A DNA stretch of 64,000 bases from a virus (lineage: Duplodnaviria; Caudoviricetes). Positions 25,395 through 35,500 of the stretch are shown piece by piece. The stretch is taken from IMG/VR virus record IMGVR_UViG_3300020419_001132; one strand, 5' to 3'. The notes below the pieces were generated by a model. That model was given only the letters and a program-made list of their open reading frames with translations, had not been told where the DNA came from and did no database searches. The first letter of the stretch is position 1. Every line of letters begins with the position of its first letter. The position numbers and the translations under genes are program-made.

Positions 25395-27920
25395 TTAAAC
25401 ATTGTATTCATAGTTATGAAATAGCAAGTATTGTTCGTTAGAATTGCCAGTTGTACTGTCTATCACATATCTATCTATGTCGAAGTCAAACTGGTTAAAT
25501 TTAACATTGGCAGTATTTAAAGCATTTATTATAGTTGTACTATTGCCAGGTTTAACGTAACATAAAGGAACTGCCTTAACATATCCTAAATTTTCTATTG
25601 AACCAGGTTGTGAAGTACGCATCCATAATGGTAAAAAGTTTAATTCAGTCTCTCCTACAGCCCTAATATTATCTCTCATGTTAGTAATATTGCTTATATA
25701 CTTTTTGCCTTCGTTGCCACCATCAACACTTATAGCAAGACTGTCTGCTTTTACAGTATTTTCAGGAACTGGTCTAAATCTAAACGGATCTTCACTTCCT
25801 TGTACGTCTGGCCTAAAAGTAATATCGCCTGACCTTAGTGTAGCACTAATAGGATTTGAAGTTACTTGTACGTCTGCAGTTCTTGTCCCTATTGTAAAAG
25901 CTGGTAACAGTTGAAAGATAACATCTCCGCCTCTGGTACCCATTCTTAGACCAGTAGGTTCTAAGTTTTCTACACTATCAGCATCTAAGTTATACATTGT
26001 TTGATCCACTGTTCTTTCAGTAGGATTAAATGTTGTAAAGTGTTTTCTTGTCTTTTTAATTGCATCTTCTGGGTCTATTACTTCAACATAAATTACTTCG
26101 TATACTTCTGTAGTTGTTCCTGGTGTTTTTGCTACTGCACTTTTTATATCGCCTAGTCTATATGTTTTTCTCTTATGATTTTTTGCTGTAGCGGCTACAT
26201 AATTATTAACGGACTTAGTTTCTATTCCAGCATACACAAGCATCTGCATAGTTTTTTGTATTCCAAATTTAGGATCGTTTGGTCTATATATTAATGAACT
26301 GTCAAACAAGTTATTATCACTAACAATAAGTTCATAATTACTTCTTTGTGTTGTTTTTAGCATTGGCCTTATGTATAAATTACTATAAAGTTTATCATCA
26401 GGATCAGTAACCTGTATTGTAAATTCTCTTGTTATAGCACTATAGCCAAAATGATCTTGTACTTTAACTGTAAATTTAAATTTCCTATCAATAGAAGTTG
26501 TATTACCGTCTAGTTGTAATCCTGCGTTATCAAACACAGTCAATCCTAAATTTCCTACAGATCCAAAACTATTAATCTTTCCTATAATTTCTCCGTCGTA
26601 GCTTAATGCAAGTCCAGGAGGTAAGCTACCACTAGTTAGTGTATATAATAAGTTTGCTCTAGGAACAGTAGAAGTAGCTACTACACTCAATGTGCTAATA
26701 TAGTTACTATTGATTGTTCCTAAGTCTGCTTTTGTAGTCCATGCAAGAACACTATCAATCTCTCCAAGCATACTGACAGTAAACGTTTTATCTTTAAAAC
26801 TAGTTTCAGCTGTTGTCGCCGCCTGCCTAAATGCCCGTATTGTAAATTTGTATTGTTTTGTAACTGCTGGTTGGTATGGTACTTTACCTGCTATTTCTCC
26901 ATTAATTGTATCCAATGCCATTCCTGGCGGTAATGCACTAGTACTTCCATCATCATTTGTGGTTTGTAAAGAATATGATATGACGCCACTTAAACTGTTA
27001 GGGTCTATCACATCTAAAAATAATGTGACATAGTTATTAGCTCTTCTAAACCCAAAGTTCGCCGGAGTTAACCAAATAGGAACCCTAATATGGGAGTTGT
27101 CAGCAGTAAACACGCCATTTGCAACCTGCATGATAGTATTGTCTGCTCTAAGGAAGTCATCTCCTACAACATAAATTCTAAATTTTCTTTTAACAATGGT
27201 ATCACCGTCACTAACAGAAACAATAAATTCGTAAAATCTGTTAAGTTTTTTAGGACTATTTGAAGGTGTAGATGTGTCATAAATTACTGTATCGTAAAAG
27301 AAGCTATCAAAACCGTTATCTGGTCTTATGCCAAAATCAAACGGATAATTTCCATAGTTATTAGTATCATACTTTCCAGATCCTGAGGCATCTTCTAATG
27401 CTAGTATTGGTTCTACAACACCTACAAGTTTACCGTCAGTTGTTAGCTGTATTCCTGGAGGCAATTCTCCATCACCTTCTTGTATGTAATACTCTAAAGT
27501 ATCTCCTGCAGATAAATCAGTATCTGTTGCAACTAATTGAAAGTCTAAAGGAGCACTATCAATAATATAAAATGTGTTATTTGGGCCTACCGGTAATAAG
27601 TCTTCTGCGGTTACCCAGGTAGGTGCATCTGCGCCTGTGACTATTATACTATAAGTTCTATCATCAATAACTCCGTTTTGATTTGCTCTAACAACAAATT
27701 TGTAAACTGTATCTCTTGTTACTTCTAAAGGAGTGCCTACAAGATTTTCGCCACTTAATCTCATGCCTTTGGGTATTGTACCACTTACAAGGCTTATAGT
27801 CATATTATTACTAGCTAAAGGAAGGTATTCACTCTTTATAGGAAGAGCATATGTAGTTGTGACTCTTTCAGATAATGTTGTTAATGTTGTGCCAGATAAT
27901 GATGTCCAAAAAATAGCCAT
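25395..27920 (-). CDS. Baseplate wedge-like protein with putative Ig (He_PIG-like) repeats
   Basis: Repeated LPPGxxL..GxIxG units (IPKGMRL, LPPGIQL, LPPGMAL, LPPGLAL); C-terminal FDIDRYVID. Confidence 0.7.
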   Translation of the reverse strand: MAIFWTSLSGTTLTTLSERVTTTYALPIKSEYLPLASNNMTISLVSGTIPKGMRLSGENLVGTPLEVTRDTVYKFVVRANQNGVIDDRTYSIIVTGADAPTWVTAEDLLPVGPNNTFYIIDSAPLDFQLVATDTDLSAGDTLEYYIQEGDGELPPGIQLTTDGKLVGVVEPILALEDASGSGKYDTNNYGNYPFDFGIRPDNGFDSFFYDTVIYDTSTPSNSPKKLNRFYEFIVSVSDGDTIVKRKFRIYVVGDDFLRADNTIMQVANGVFTADNSHIRVPIWLTPANFGFRRANNYVTLFLDVIDPNSLSGVISYSLQTTNDDGSTSALPPGMALDTINGEIAGKVPYQPAVTKQYKFTIRAFRQAATTAETSFKDKTFTVSMLGEIDSVLAWTTKADLGTINSNYISTLSVVATSTVPRANLLYTLTSGSLPPGLALSYDGEIIGKINSFGSVGNLGLTVFDNAGLQLDGNTTSIDRKFKFTVKVQDHFGYSAITREFTIQVTDPDDKLYSNLYIRPMLKTTQRSNYELIVSDNNLFDSSLIYRPNDPKFGIQKTMQMLVYAGIETKSVNNYVAATAKNHKRKTYRLGDIKSAVAKTPGTTTEVYEVIYVEVIDPEDAIKKTRKHFTTFNPTERTVDQTMYNLDADSVENLEPTGLRMGTRGGDVIFQLLPAFTIGTRTADVQVTSNPISATLRSGDITFRPDVQGSEDPFRFRPVPENTVKADSLAISVDGGNEGKKYISNITNMRDNIRAVGETELNFLPLWMRTSQPGSIENLGYVKAVPLCYVKPGNSTTIINALNTANVKFNQFDFDIDRYVIDSTTGNSNEQYLLFHNYEYNV

Positions 27921-27937
27921 AATAACTCCTTATACTA

Positions 27938-27945
27938 TATTTATA
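27938..27945 (-). promoter_or_regulatory. T4-late promoter TATAAATA
   Basis: Exact consensus 17 nt upstream of ATG 27920 with AAGGAG SD. Confidence 0.7.
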
Positions 27946-27949
27946 GGAA

Positions 27950-28648
27950 TTAGAGACTGCCGCCTTCTATTGAAACTGCTTGTGGAGACGCAAAAGTACC
28001 CATATCATAGTCTGTCGTAAGTATAATAAAATCCATGACATTTGTTGCTGTCAAATCAAGACCACCCATATCAAAGTCTATCAAAGACGAACTAACACTT
28101 CTAATATCGATGCCATAAACTAAACCTTCTAAAGCACCGTTAAAATTAGATGCTGTAATAGTTCCACCATTAGTAACATTGTTTCCGTTAGCATCTAAAT
28201 TTCCGCTTAGAGTAGGTGATGTATCAAGAGCTACTAATCCCGATCCAGTAACATTAATTTTAAGATTGCCACTTTCTACTTTAGTTTGTACATTTGTGCC
28301 ACCCTGTATATTAGCTGACTGTCCACCTCCGGGCAAAATAATACTTCCGTCATCACTTATTAGTATTAACTGTGTAATACCTGAGTCTGCTGTAATACTT
28401 ACAGTATTACCGCCAGGCGTAATGGTTACACCAGCACCTGCCTGTAGTGATTTGAATTGCAATGTATTATCAGATTTTTGTGCAAATAGTCCAGTGCCTG
28501 TTCCAAGATTAGATGCCTGGACATTTACGCTTGTTACTGATGTATTCAATTCTGTAAAGTTATCGTTTACCTTAATGAACGCTTCACGTAGATCATCACC
28601 TGTTCCGTCGTTTGCTATATTTCCTATGTTAATAGCTTGAATAGCCAT
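27950..28648 (-). CDS. Baseplate/short fibre protein with T4 gp9/gp10-like N-terminus
   Basis: INIGNIANDGTGDDLREAFIKVNDNFTEL. Confidence 0.75.
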   Translation of the reverse strand: MAIQAINIGNIANDGTGDDLREAFIKVNDNFTELNTSVTSVNVQASNLGTGTGLFAQKSDNTLQFKSLQAGAGVTITPGGNTVSITADSGITQLILISDDGSIILPGGGQSANIQGGTNVQTKVESGNLKINVTGSGLVALDTSPTLSGNLDANGNNVTNGGTITASNFNGALEGLVYGIDIRSVSSSLIDFDMGGLDLTATNVMDFIILTTDYDMGTFASPQAVSIEGGSL

Positions 28649-28668
28649 CTGCTTGACTCCTTATATTG

Positions 28669-28676
28669 TATTTACC
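28669..28676 (-). promoter_or_regulatory. T4-late-like promoter GGTAAATA
   Basis: 20 nt upstream of ATG 28648 with GGAG SD. Confidence 0.55.
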
Positions 28677-28685
28677 AGCTAAAAT

Positions 28686-30710
28686 TTATTTCTTAATTCT
28701 AATATTAGCATTGTTAATTTGTATGCCCCGGCCTAAAACTCTTCTTTTCCCTTTGCGTGTTCGTCTATCTATATTTCCTTGATAAAGAACTTTTGGATCT
28801 CCACCTTCTAAACTATTATAATCAGTCCAGTTTGAATCATTAGTAGTGGTTGATTCTGTACCAGTGTAAAAGTTTGATGCATCTTGGTTGTCTAAACTTT
28901 TAATCCATTGTTTAATCTGTCTATAAGTCCAATCTCTATTGTGTTCTAATACTGTCGATATAAATCCTGCGGCTACAGGACATGCCGCACTAGTGCCACT
29001 AAAACCTGTATCTTCTCCAACACCTGCTCCTGATCCACTGTTGTAAGTAAAGCCAGGATATGTAGATGGATAGTCACCCTCGGGTGTATATTTTACATTT
29101 GCGGCAAGTGTGCCATCAGCAGGTAGATAACAATCTATACCTTCTCCGCGATCGCTATAACCAACTTTTGCTTCTTTAGATGAATTATAATCATCATCTA
29201 ACGCACCTATATTAATTGTTCTGTAATCTATTGTGCCGTCACCTTTAGTATGTTTTCCACCTTGTTGTGGAAAGCCTCTACGATTGGTTGTTCCGGTAAC
29301 CTCTACACTAAATTCTTGGAACGAGCTTTGTTCTAAAGTGTCTGTATTATTTGTTGCAATATAATTATTAAAGTCTACATGTCCGTCGTTTACTTGTTTT
29401 TGATTACTGTTGCCCGCCGCACATACAAATATTACACCTGAATCTATTAATTCATCTAATGCTGTTGTCATAGAATTGGTTTTCATTTCTGATTTCCAAC
29501 GTCCACTGTCCCCTTGTGAGCCCATGTGACTCAGCCAAGAAATTCCTGTTTCTGCTGTATAAGAAGTTGCAGAACCACCTCTGAAGTGATAATACCATGG
29601 AGGAGATGTTGGAGATTTATTAGCTCTGTATCCCCAACTGTTTGAACTAAGTGTAGGGTTTTTATTTCCGTACTCTGGATTAATTGGCTTCATTACATGG
29701 AAAAGTTTTTGCACATCAAAGCCTGATTCAATACCTGAACCATCTGCACCATATAAATTTAATACCCACTTGTTTGCATTGTATGCCCATCCTTGTGTTC
29801 TACCAAAAGTTAATGCACAACAAGGAGTAGAGTGTCTGCATACTGTGCCTCCGGGAACACTTGTATTATCACCATTACAGTTGCTTCTTGTATAATCTAC
29901 TGTCAAAGAACCTACTGTGCCATATGATTGGAATTTTGTACTTCTATTACTTGCATTTGTCCACCATCCTCTAGCAAAACTTTCTACAGGAACAGTTGTA
30001 CCGTCAAATCTAGTAGTAAGTCTAGATGCTGAATCCGCATTAAAGTAATCTGGATCTATATAATAAGGAGCATCTAATACTATATCTAATAGATCGCATG
30101 TACCATTACCGGGTAATAAATTACCACCTACGTAATCAGCAGGTGCAGGAGCGCCTGTGCAGTTGTTTTGGAACTCTGGATGTCCTATCCAACCTCCACC
30201 ATCATCTGCAACAATTACATCTACATCCTTTCCTGTACCAAGTTGTTGTATTTCTACATCAGCAACAAAATTATCTGCATAACCATTAGCCACCCAAGGG
30301 TCTAATTTTTGCATACATCTCCATATTTGATAACCAGTTCTATTTACATGCGAAACATTTAATGTATTAGATACTTCAAATTCTCTATAAACTTTGACAG
30401 ATCCTGAATATCTATTAAGGAGTTCAGGGCGAGTGGCATATATCTCATCTGGAGGGGGAGCATACGTTTCCGGATACTTCATGTAATCAATGTTGATAAA
30501 TTTTACTCTGGGATCTACTTTTAAGGCTGTTGCTTCATCGTCTGTAAGCAAATATGATCCTCTTGTAGGACTATGTAACTTTTCATCTTCAACTGTAACT
30601 TGTCTACTAGGTACAGAGTCATAGGTATTGCCATCTGCTATTAATTCTGCATGTAATTCAATCCATTGCTCTGAAGTGTGTGTTCCTAGCTGGTAGTACT
30701 TTTCACTCAT
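28686..30710 (-). CDS. Subtilisin-like (S8) serine protease in the tail module
   Basis: Catalytic triad candidates DVIVADDG, HSTPCC, FSGTSAACP; oxyanion motif AAGNSN. Confidence 0.85.
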   Translation of the reverse strand: MSEKYYQLGTHTSEQWIELHAELIADGNTYDSVPSRQVTVEDEKLHSPTRGSYLLTDDEATALKVDPRVKFINIDYMKYPETYAPPPDEIYATRPELLNRYSGSVKVYREFEVSNTLNVSHVNRTGYQIWRCMQKLDPWVANGYADNFVADVEIQQLGTGKDVDVIVADDGGGWIGHPEFQNNCTGAPAPADYVGGNLLPGNGTCDLLDIVLDAPYYIDPDYFNADSASRLTTRFDGTTVPVESFARGWWTNASNRSTKFQSYGTVGSLTVDYTRSNCNGDNTSVPGGTVCRHSTPCCALTFGRTQGWAYNANKWVLNLYGADGSGIESGFDVQKLFHVMKPINPEYGNKNPTLSSNSWGYRANKSPTSPPWYYHFRGGSATSYTAETGISWLSHMGSQGDSGRWKSEMKTNSMTTALDELIDSGVIFVCAAGNSNQKQVNDGHVDFNNYIATNNTDTLEQSSFQEFSVEVTGTTNRRGFPQQGGKHTKGDGTIDYRTINIGALDDDYNSSKEAKVGYSDRGEGIDCYLPADGTLAANVKYTPEGDYPSTYPGFTYNSGSGAGVGEDTGFSGTSAACPVAAGFISTVLEHNRDWTYRQIKQWIKSLDNQDASNFYTGTESTTTNDSNWTDYNSLEGGDPKVLYQGNIDRRTRKGKRRVLGRGIQINNANIRIKK

Positions 30711-30719
30711 AACTTCCCC

Positions 30720-31976
30720 TTAAATCAAATTGGCCCATGAACCGTTTTCATATCCTTGAAACTTGTTATCAGTTGTGTTGTAAATTATGTCTCCATTAGA
30801 GGGTGTAAGAGCATTCCGTTGTGTCGTTGTAACATTCAGCATTTGGAATGGACCAGTTGTTGCTTTTATTCTTGTGCCAGCGTTTAATTCTATTTCGTTG
30901 TCTGAAAAAATTTCAGGAGTTCCTGATCCTGTAGTGTTAAGCGATCCAGCAACATTTAAATTATTGTTGACTACAAGATCATTTTCAACAGTCAAATCAC
31001 TACTCATTGTTATAGCTGGAGTTACTACTATGCCACTACTATCACTAGAATCTATTGTTGTTCCTGTGAATGTAATAGATCCAAGTGATGGAACAGATGG
31101 AATTTCAGAAAAATTTGCAAGTTTATTCCAACTACCACCGTGAGCAAAATACATTGCCCCGTCTGCATGGCTGTGTCCTATTGCGCCATGGTATGTAGTA
31201 GCACTTGGAAATGCGGCTTGATTAGCATAATAAAAAGGAATAACAGCTGATGTTGTAGTAGTTGCACCTCTTGCTAATACAGTTGATAATGTGTCTGATT
31301 CACTTGTAAGATAACTGCTTAAATCTGGTGGTGTAAAAGTAAACACACCTGTTGAATTATCGTATGCTATTGATCCTGAACCACTTGCACTTGCTGGTGA
31401 TCCTACACTTAGGCTATCCAATGCAATACCAGTTCCACTGGTAATTGTAATAGTTTTGGTTGCACCATTGCCAGTAGCAGTAACACCTGCTCCTACAAAA
31501 TTTAAAATTGTGCCGGACGATGTTAAATTTGAACCTTCGTCTTGTATGGTAATTCCAGCGCCGCCGCCTCCACCGCCACCTGTTTGATCGCCTGGTTCAT
31601 ATCTACCTAAACTTGCATTATAAATTAACACTTGATTGTTTGTTGGTGCAGTAGATCCTACATTATCTAAACTTTCTATTGTTGTTTTTAAAGTAGGCTT
31701 ATTGGTAAGGTCAACGTAGCTTCCACTAAACAATGATGGCTTATTAGATAAGCTATTGTAATCACCTGTAAATGCTGTGCTATGAAATGATTGTCCTCCT
31801 ATAGTTGCACTAGAACTATCTATAACTAGACTATTTGCACTTAACGCTCCAGACGCTGTAATATTCACTGCATTAACAACATTATTTCCAGTAAGGTTTA
31901 AATCATCTCCTGAAGGTAATTCCTTTATTTTATTGTTATCTGCTGTATCTATTATTAGAGGATATCTTGTCGCCAT
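30720..31976 (-). CDS. Tail fibre-like protein
   Basis: G/S/T-rich; FTGDYNSLSNKP/FSGSYVDLTNKP repeats; C-terminal GDIIYNTTDNKFQGY. Confidence 0.7.
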   Translation of the reverse strand: MATRYPLIIDTADNNKIKELPSGDDLNLTGNNVVNAVNITASGALSANSLVIDSSSATIGGQSFHSTAFTGDYNSLSNKPSLFSGSYVDLTNKPTLKTTIESLDNVGSTAPTNNQVLIYNASLGRYEPGDQTGGGGGGGAGITIQDEGSNLTSSGTILNFVGAGVTATGNGATKTITITSGTGIALDSLSVGSPASASGSGSIAYDNSTGVFTFTPPDLSSYLTSESDTLSTVLARGATTTTSAVIPFYYANQAAFPSATTYHGAIGHSHADGAMYFAHGGSWNKLANFSEIPSVPSLGSITFTGTTIDSSDSSGIVVTPAITMSSDLTVENDLVVNNNLNVAGSLNTTGSGTPEIFSDNEIELNAGTRIKATTGPFQMLNVTTTQRNALTPSNGDIIYNTTDNKFQGYENGSWANLI

Positions 31977-31995
31977 TTTGTTTTCCTATTTACTA

Positions 31996-32003
31996 TATTT
32001 AGT
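31996..32003 (-). promoter_or_regulatory. T4-late-like promoter ACTAAATA
   Basis: Its TAA is the upstream stop; 19 nt before ATG 31976. Confidence 0.5.
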
Positions 32004-32541
32004 GTAGATCTGCCCAACCTGCTGTACTGTCATTGTTTGCGTCTGCGGCATAACCTTGAAATTTTCCTGTAGTTTTATTATATACTAGTAATCCTTCGGC
32101 TACTGTAAGTGCGTCTATTTGTGCTTGTGTCAACATAGGTGGTTTAAAACTGCTTGGTTCAGTTGGTCCTACTATTTTACCTGCAACACCATCTACTAGT
32201 AATGTACTATCATCTGCAAACAAACTTCCTGTGACATCTGCATCTACTTTAATACTAGCACCGTTAACAAGTAAGTTTCCTGAACTATCTGCTTGAAGTC
32301 TAGCATTACCTAAATATATAAAATCTCTTACATATAAATCAGACCATTTTTTAGTTGATGAACCTAGTGCAAAGCCGCCGTCTGTGGTTGGCACCATGTT
32401 AGAACCTATGCTATCTAAATCTAAAGTAGTAGAAGCATACAGTTCATTAAAGTTATCATTAATTTTATCAAATGCTGTTCTTAAAGGATCGCCATCTCCT
32501 TTGTTTGCACTAGTACCAATGTTTATAAGTTGCTTAGCCAT
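31999..32541 (-). CDS. Baseplate/short fibre protein with gp9/gp10-like N-terminus
   Basis: INIGTSANKGDGDPLRTAFDKINDNFNEL. Confidence 0.75.
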   Translation of the reverse strand: MAKQLINIGTSANKGDGDPLRTAFDKINDNFNELYASTTLDLDSIGSNMVPTTDGGFALGSSTKKWSDLYVRDFIYLGNARLQADSSGNLLVNGASIKVDADVTGSLFADDSTLLVDGVAGKIVGPTEPSSFKPPMLTQAQIDALTVAEGLLVYNKTTGKFQGYAADANNDSTAGWADLH

Positions 32542-35500
32542 TACACTCTCCCTACTAGAACTTCAACAACGCCATATCCGTCGTCATCTTTTGTACCAAT
32601 TGCTTTACCTATAACTGTACCTACCACTGGGTTATTATCTACTATCCCGTGACCTTCTATTGCACTAGTAACAATTATATCACCTTTCTGTACTTTACCT
32701 AGTACCTTACAAGGTACTCTACCTTGAAGTGCTACAGCAACAACATGATCACCTTGTAAGTCGCTGTTCATTAAGTGTGCAGGATGTTCTGAAACAACAC
32801 CTACTACCTTTCTATCGCCTTTGTAAATAGTTGTTGTTACTTCTTGTTCACCACCTAGTACTAATACTGTACCACACTCGTACTCGTTGTCTGCCAAGTA
32901 ATTCTCTGCCAAGTCAGCATATTGTGCTGAAGTTGCTGTTCCACTAAACGTACTTGCATAAACAGTATTCCATTTTAAACTTCCGCCACCTAAGCTTCTT
33001 GTATTATTACCATCAGGTACTAAGTTACCTGTTATTTCAGTAGCAGTAGAATTTGTCTTTAATCTTACTGATCCTCCTGTGACAAATAGTATTGTATCAG
33101 CGGCTGAGTCTGCAAATCCTGTTCCTGCACCTATTGATATACCTGTACCACTAGCATCCTTTTCTCCTGGAGCTTCTATGAATGAACTATATATCCAATC
33201 AACACCTAAGAAGCTGTTACTTCCAAAACTAGATGCTGTTTGGAAATTACTTTCTGCACCAGTAAATCCTGTTTCTCCGATGTCTAAGTTACCAGGCATA
33301 CTTACTGTGATGCTAGAAGTTCCTGATGCTTCTAATATTGTAGCTTGTCCTGGAGTCTTAACCTGTAGTGTTGTACTGCTTAATCCTAAAACTTCATAAG
33401 TAGCATCTCCGCCTAAAATTAATGCTTCTGCTTGTATAGCGCCAGCTTTTATACCTGTACCTGCAGTTTTTCTTAAAACTACTGTGTCACCTGTTGAGGC
33501 ATCACTTAGTGATTTTGCACTATAAGTTGAAGCCGCTGTTCTAAGTAAAACATCTGTTCCACTTGAGTAAGCTGGGAATTCACTATCTCTTATTGCTCCA
33601 CCTTCATCTAATACAGTATCAAATGTTATTGCACTTACAGCACCATCACCTGCTACACTTCTACCCAAAACTCTATCTGTGCCAATGTGTGTTATCTTAC
33701 CAGGATCAATACCATCTGTTGTACCTGTTGCTGTTTGTAATTCTATAAAACCATTTGTAGCATCAAACTCATCTGCTTTAAATGCCGCTAGTCCTAAATC
33801 TGATTGCGAAATTCCACTTGCACTTGCAATAGTTCCTGCCGCAGTCATGTTTAGTTTGCTTTGAGCAATCGCCGCTCCTGCATTTATATCTGCGTTTTCA
33901 ATACTACCAGTTTCGTAATTTAATGAATACTCATTTACTGTAGCTGTTTTATTAACTACTAGGGCAACATCACTTCCTGTTGCTTTTGATACGTGTGTAT
34001 ATTCGTTGTATCCAACACCATTACTACTAAAGATTACATGCTGTGAAACTCCGTTGGTTAATGTTTGTCCATTTGAAAAAGTACCACTTGTAGCACTATA
34101 AATAATCTTTCTTACACTTCCTAATTGAGAATCTGTATAAGAACTTATTGTAACAATAGTTCCAGTATCACTGCCACCTGAAAGAGTATTGTTAATTACA
34201 TCTCCTGCTACAAATCCGCTACCTACAGTAGGTGGTCCTGTATATAATATCTTGTTACCTGTTGCAACAAGCATTTCGTTTGCGCCTGGAGAAGTTGTAT
34301 CAAAGTCTCTTTGGTTATCTATTCTATTATAAGATTCTGTATTGTCATCGACATAGTTCTTATTTGTAGCATCTGTGCCACTTGCAGGATTTGATACGTT
34401 TTGAACAAGGTTTGACCCCATGTCCAAGTTACCTTCCATATCACTTAGTCCATTAAGCGGTAAAAAGCCTGGTCCTATTCTATTTGAACTTCCTGGAATT
34501 TGTGCACCTGATTTAATATTAAATCCTAATGCTCTATTAATATAGTTTCCTATTGCTTTTTCGGTAGGTACTGCTTGACCTGAATCGTCTGCAAACGAAT
34601 CGTCTGCTGAGAATTCGTTAATTGTAACACCTTTCTTAAATCCAAGTGCATTAGCATTTGAAAGTCCTATTTCACCTGCAAAAGTAATATCACCAGTTGC
34701 TTGGTCTACACTAAAGAATTTACCTACACGGAAGAATCCGTTTTGATCTGTACTTACAAAGAAAACCCTACCTTTTCGTCTTTCCCAAACTTGAGATGAT
34801 GTTGCAGTATTTGCATCAGTATAAAATTCAGCCAATGTGTTAACCGGGTCACCTAAGATAACATTTGGATAGTTTGAATCGTTAAATCCTCCTGTACCTA
34901 TTTGTGTAAAGTCGTGTCCTGTGGCTCTAAGTAGGGATATAGAAACTGTAATCTCTCCAGTTGCACCTTGTGCCGCACCTGCTGTCAACGTTCTTGTAGA
35001 AGCCGGAACAACTTCGTGTACTCCGCCACCACTGTAACCAGCTGTATCAATATTGCTTCCTGCTACCTCACCTATGTCAATAAATGCCCACACATTGTCT
35101 GTAATAGCTTGTGTTGGTACACTATTTGCTCCTAATGCACCACTTCCACTTGCAGTAATTGTATTTGTAGTATCAAACGTTCCAACTACATCGTAAAGGT
35201 AATGTGTTGTGCCAGTGGCACTTTTTGCAACCTTTGCTGTAGCACCTGATGTAGCCTGTGTTAATGTTTCGTCTTTGACTATACTTACACTTCCAGTTGT
35301 TTTTAATTCTGCTACTGTATTATAATCTAGTACTCTATGTGTTTTAGCTTTCCAAAGGAATCGCATTCCACCTGCATACCCTGCATCTCCTGGTACCCTT
35401 GCTGGTTGTACTGAAGAGTCTTTTACAATTCTAGCAGTATCTGAGAATGTATCAGTACCGCTATTAATAGTGATTGTTGTTGGAATACTAGAGGCTCCTA

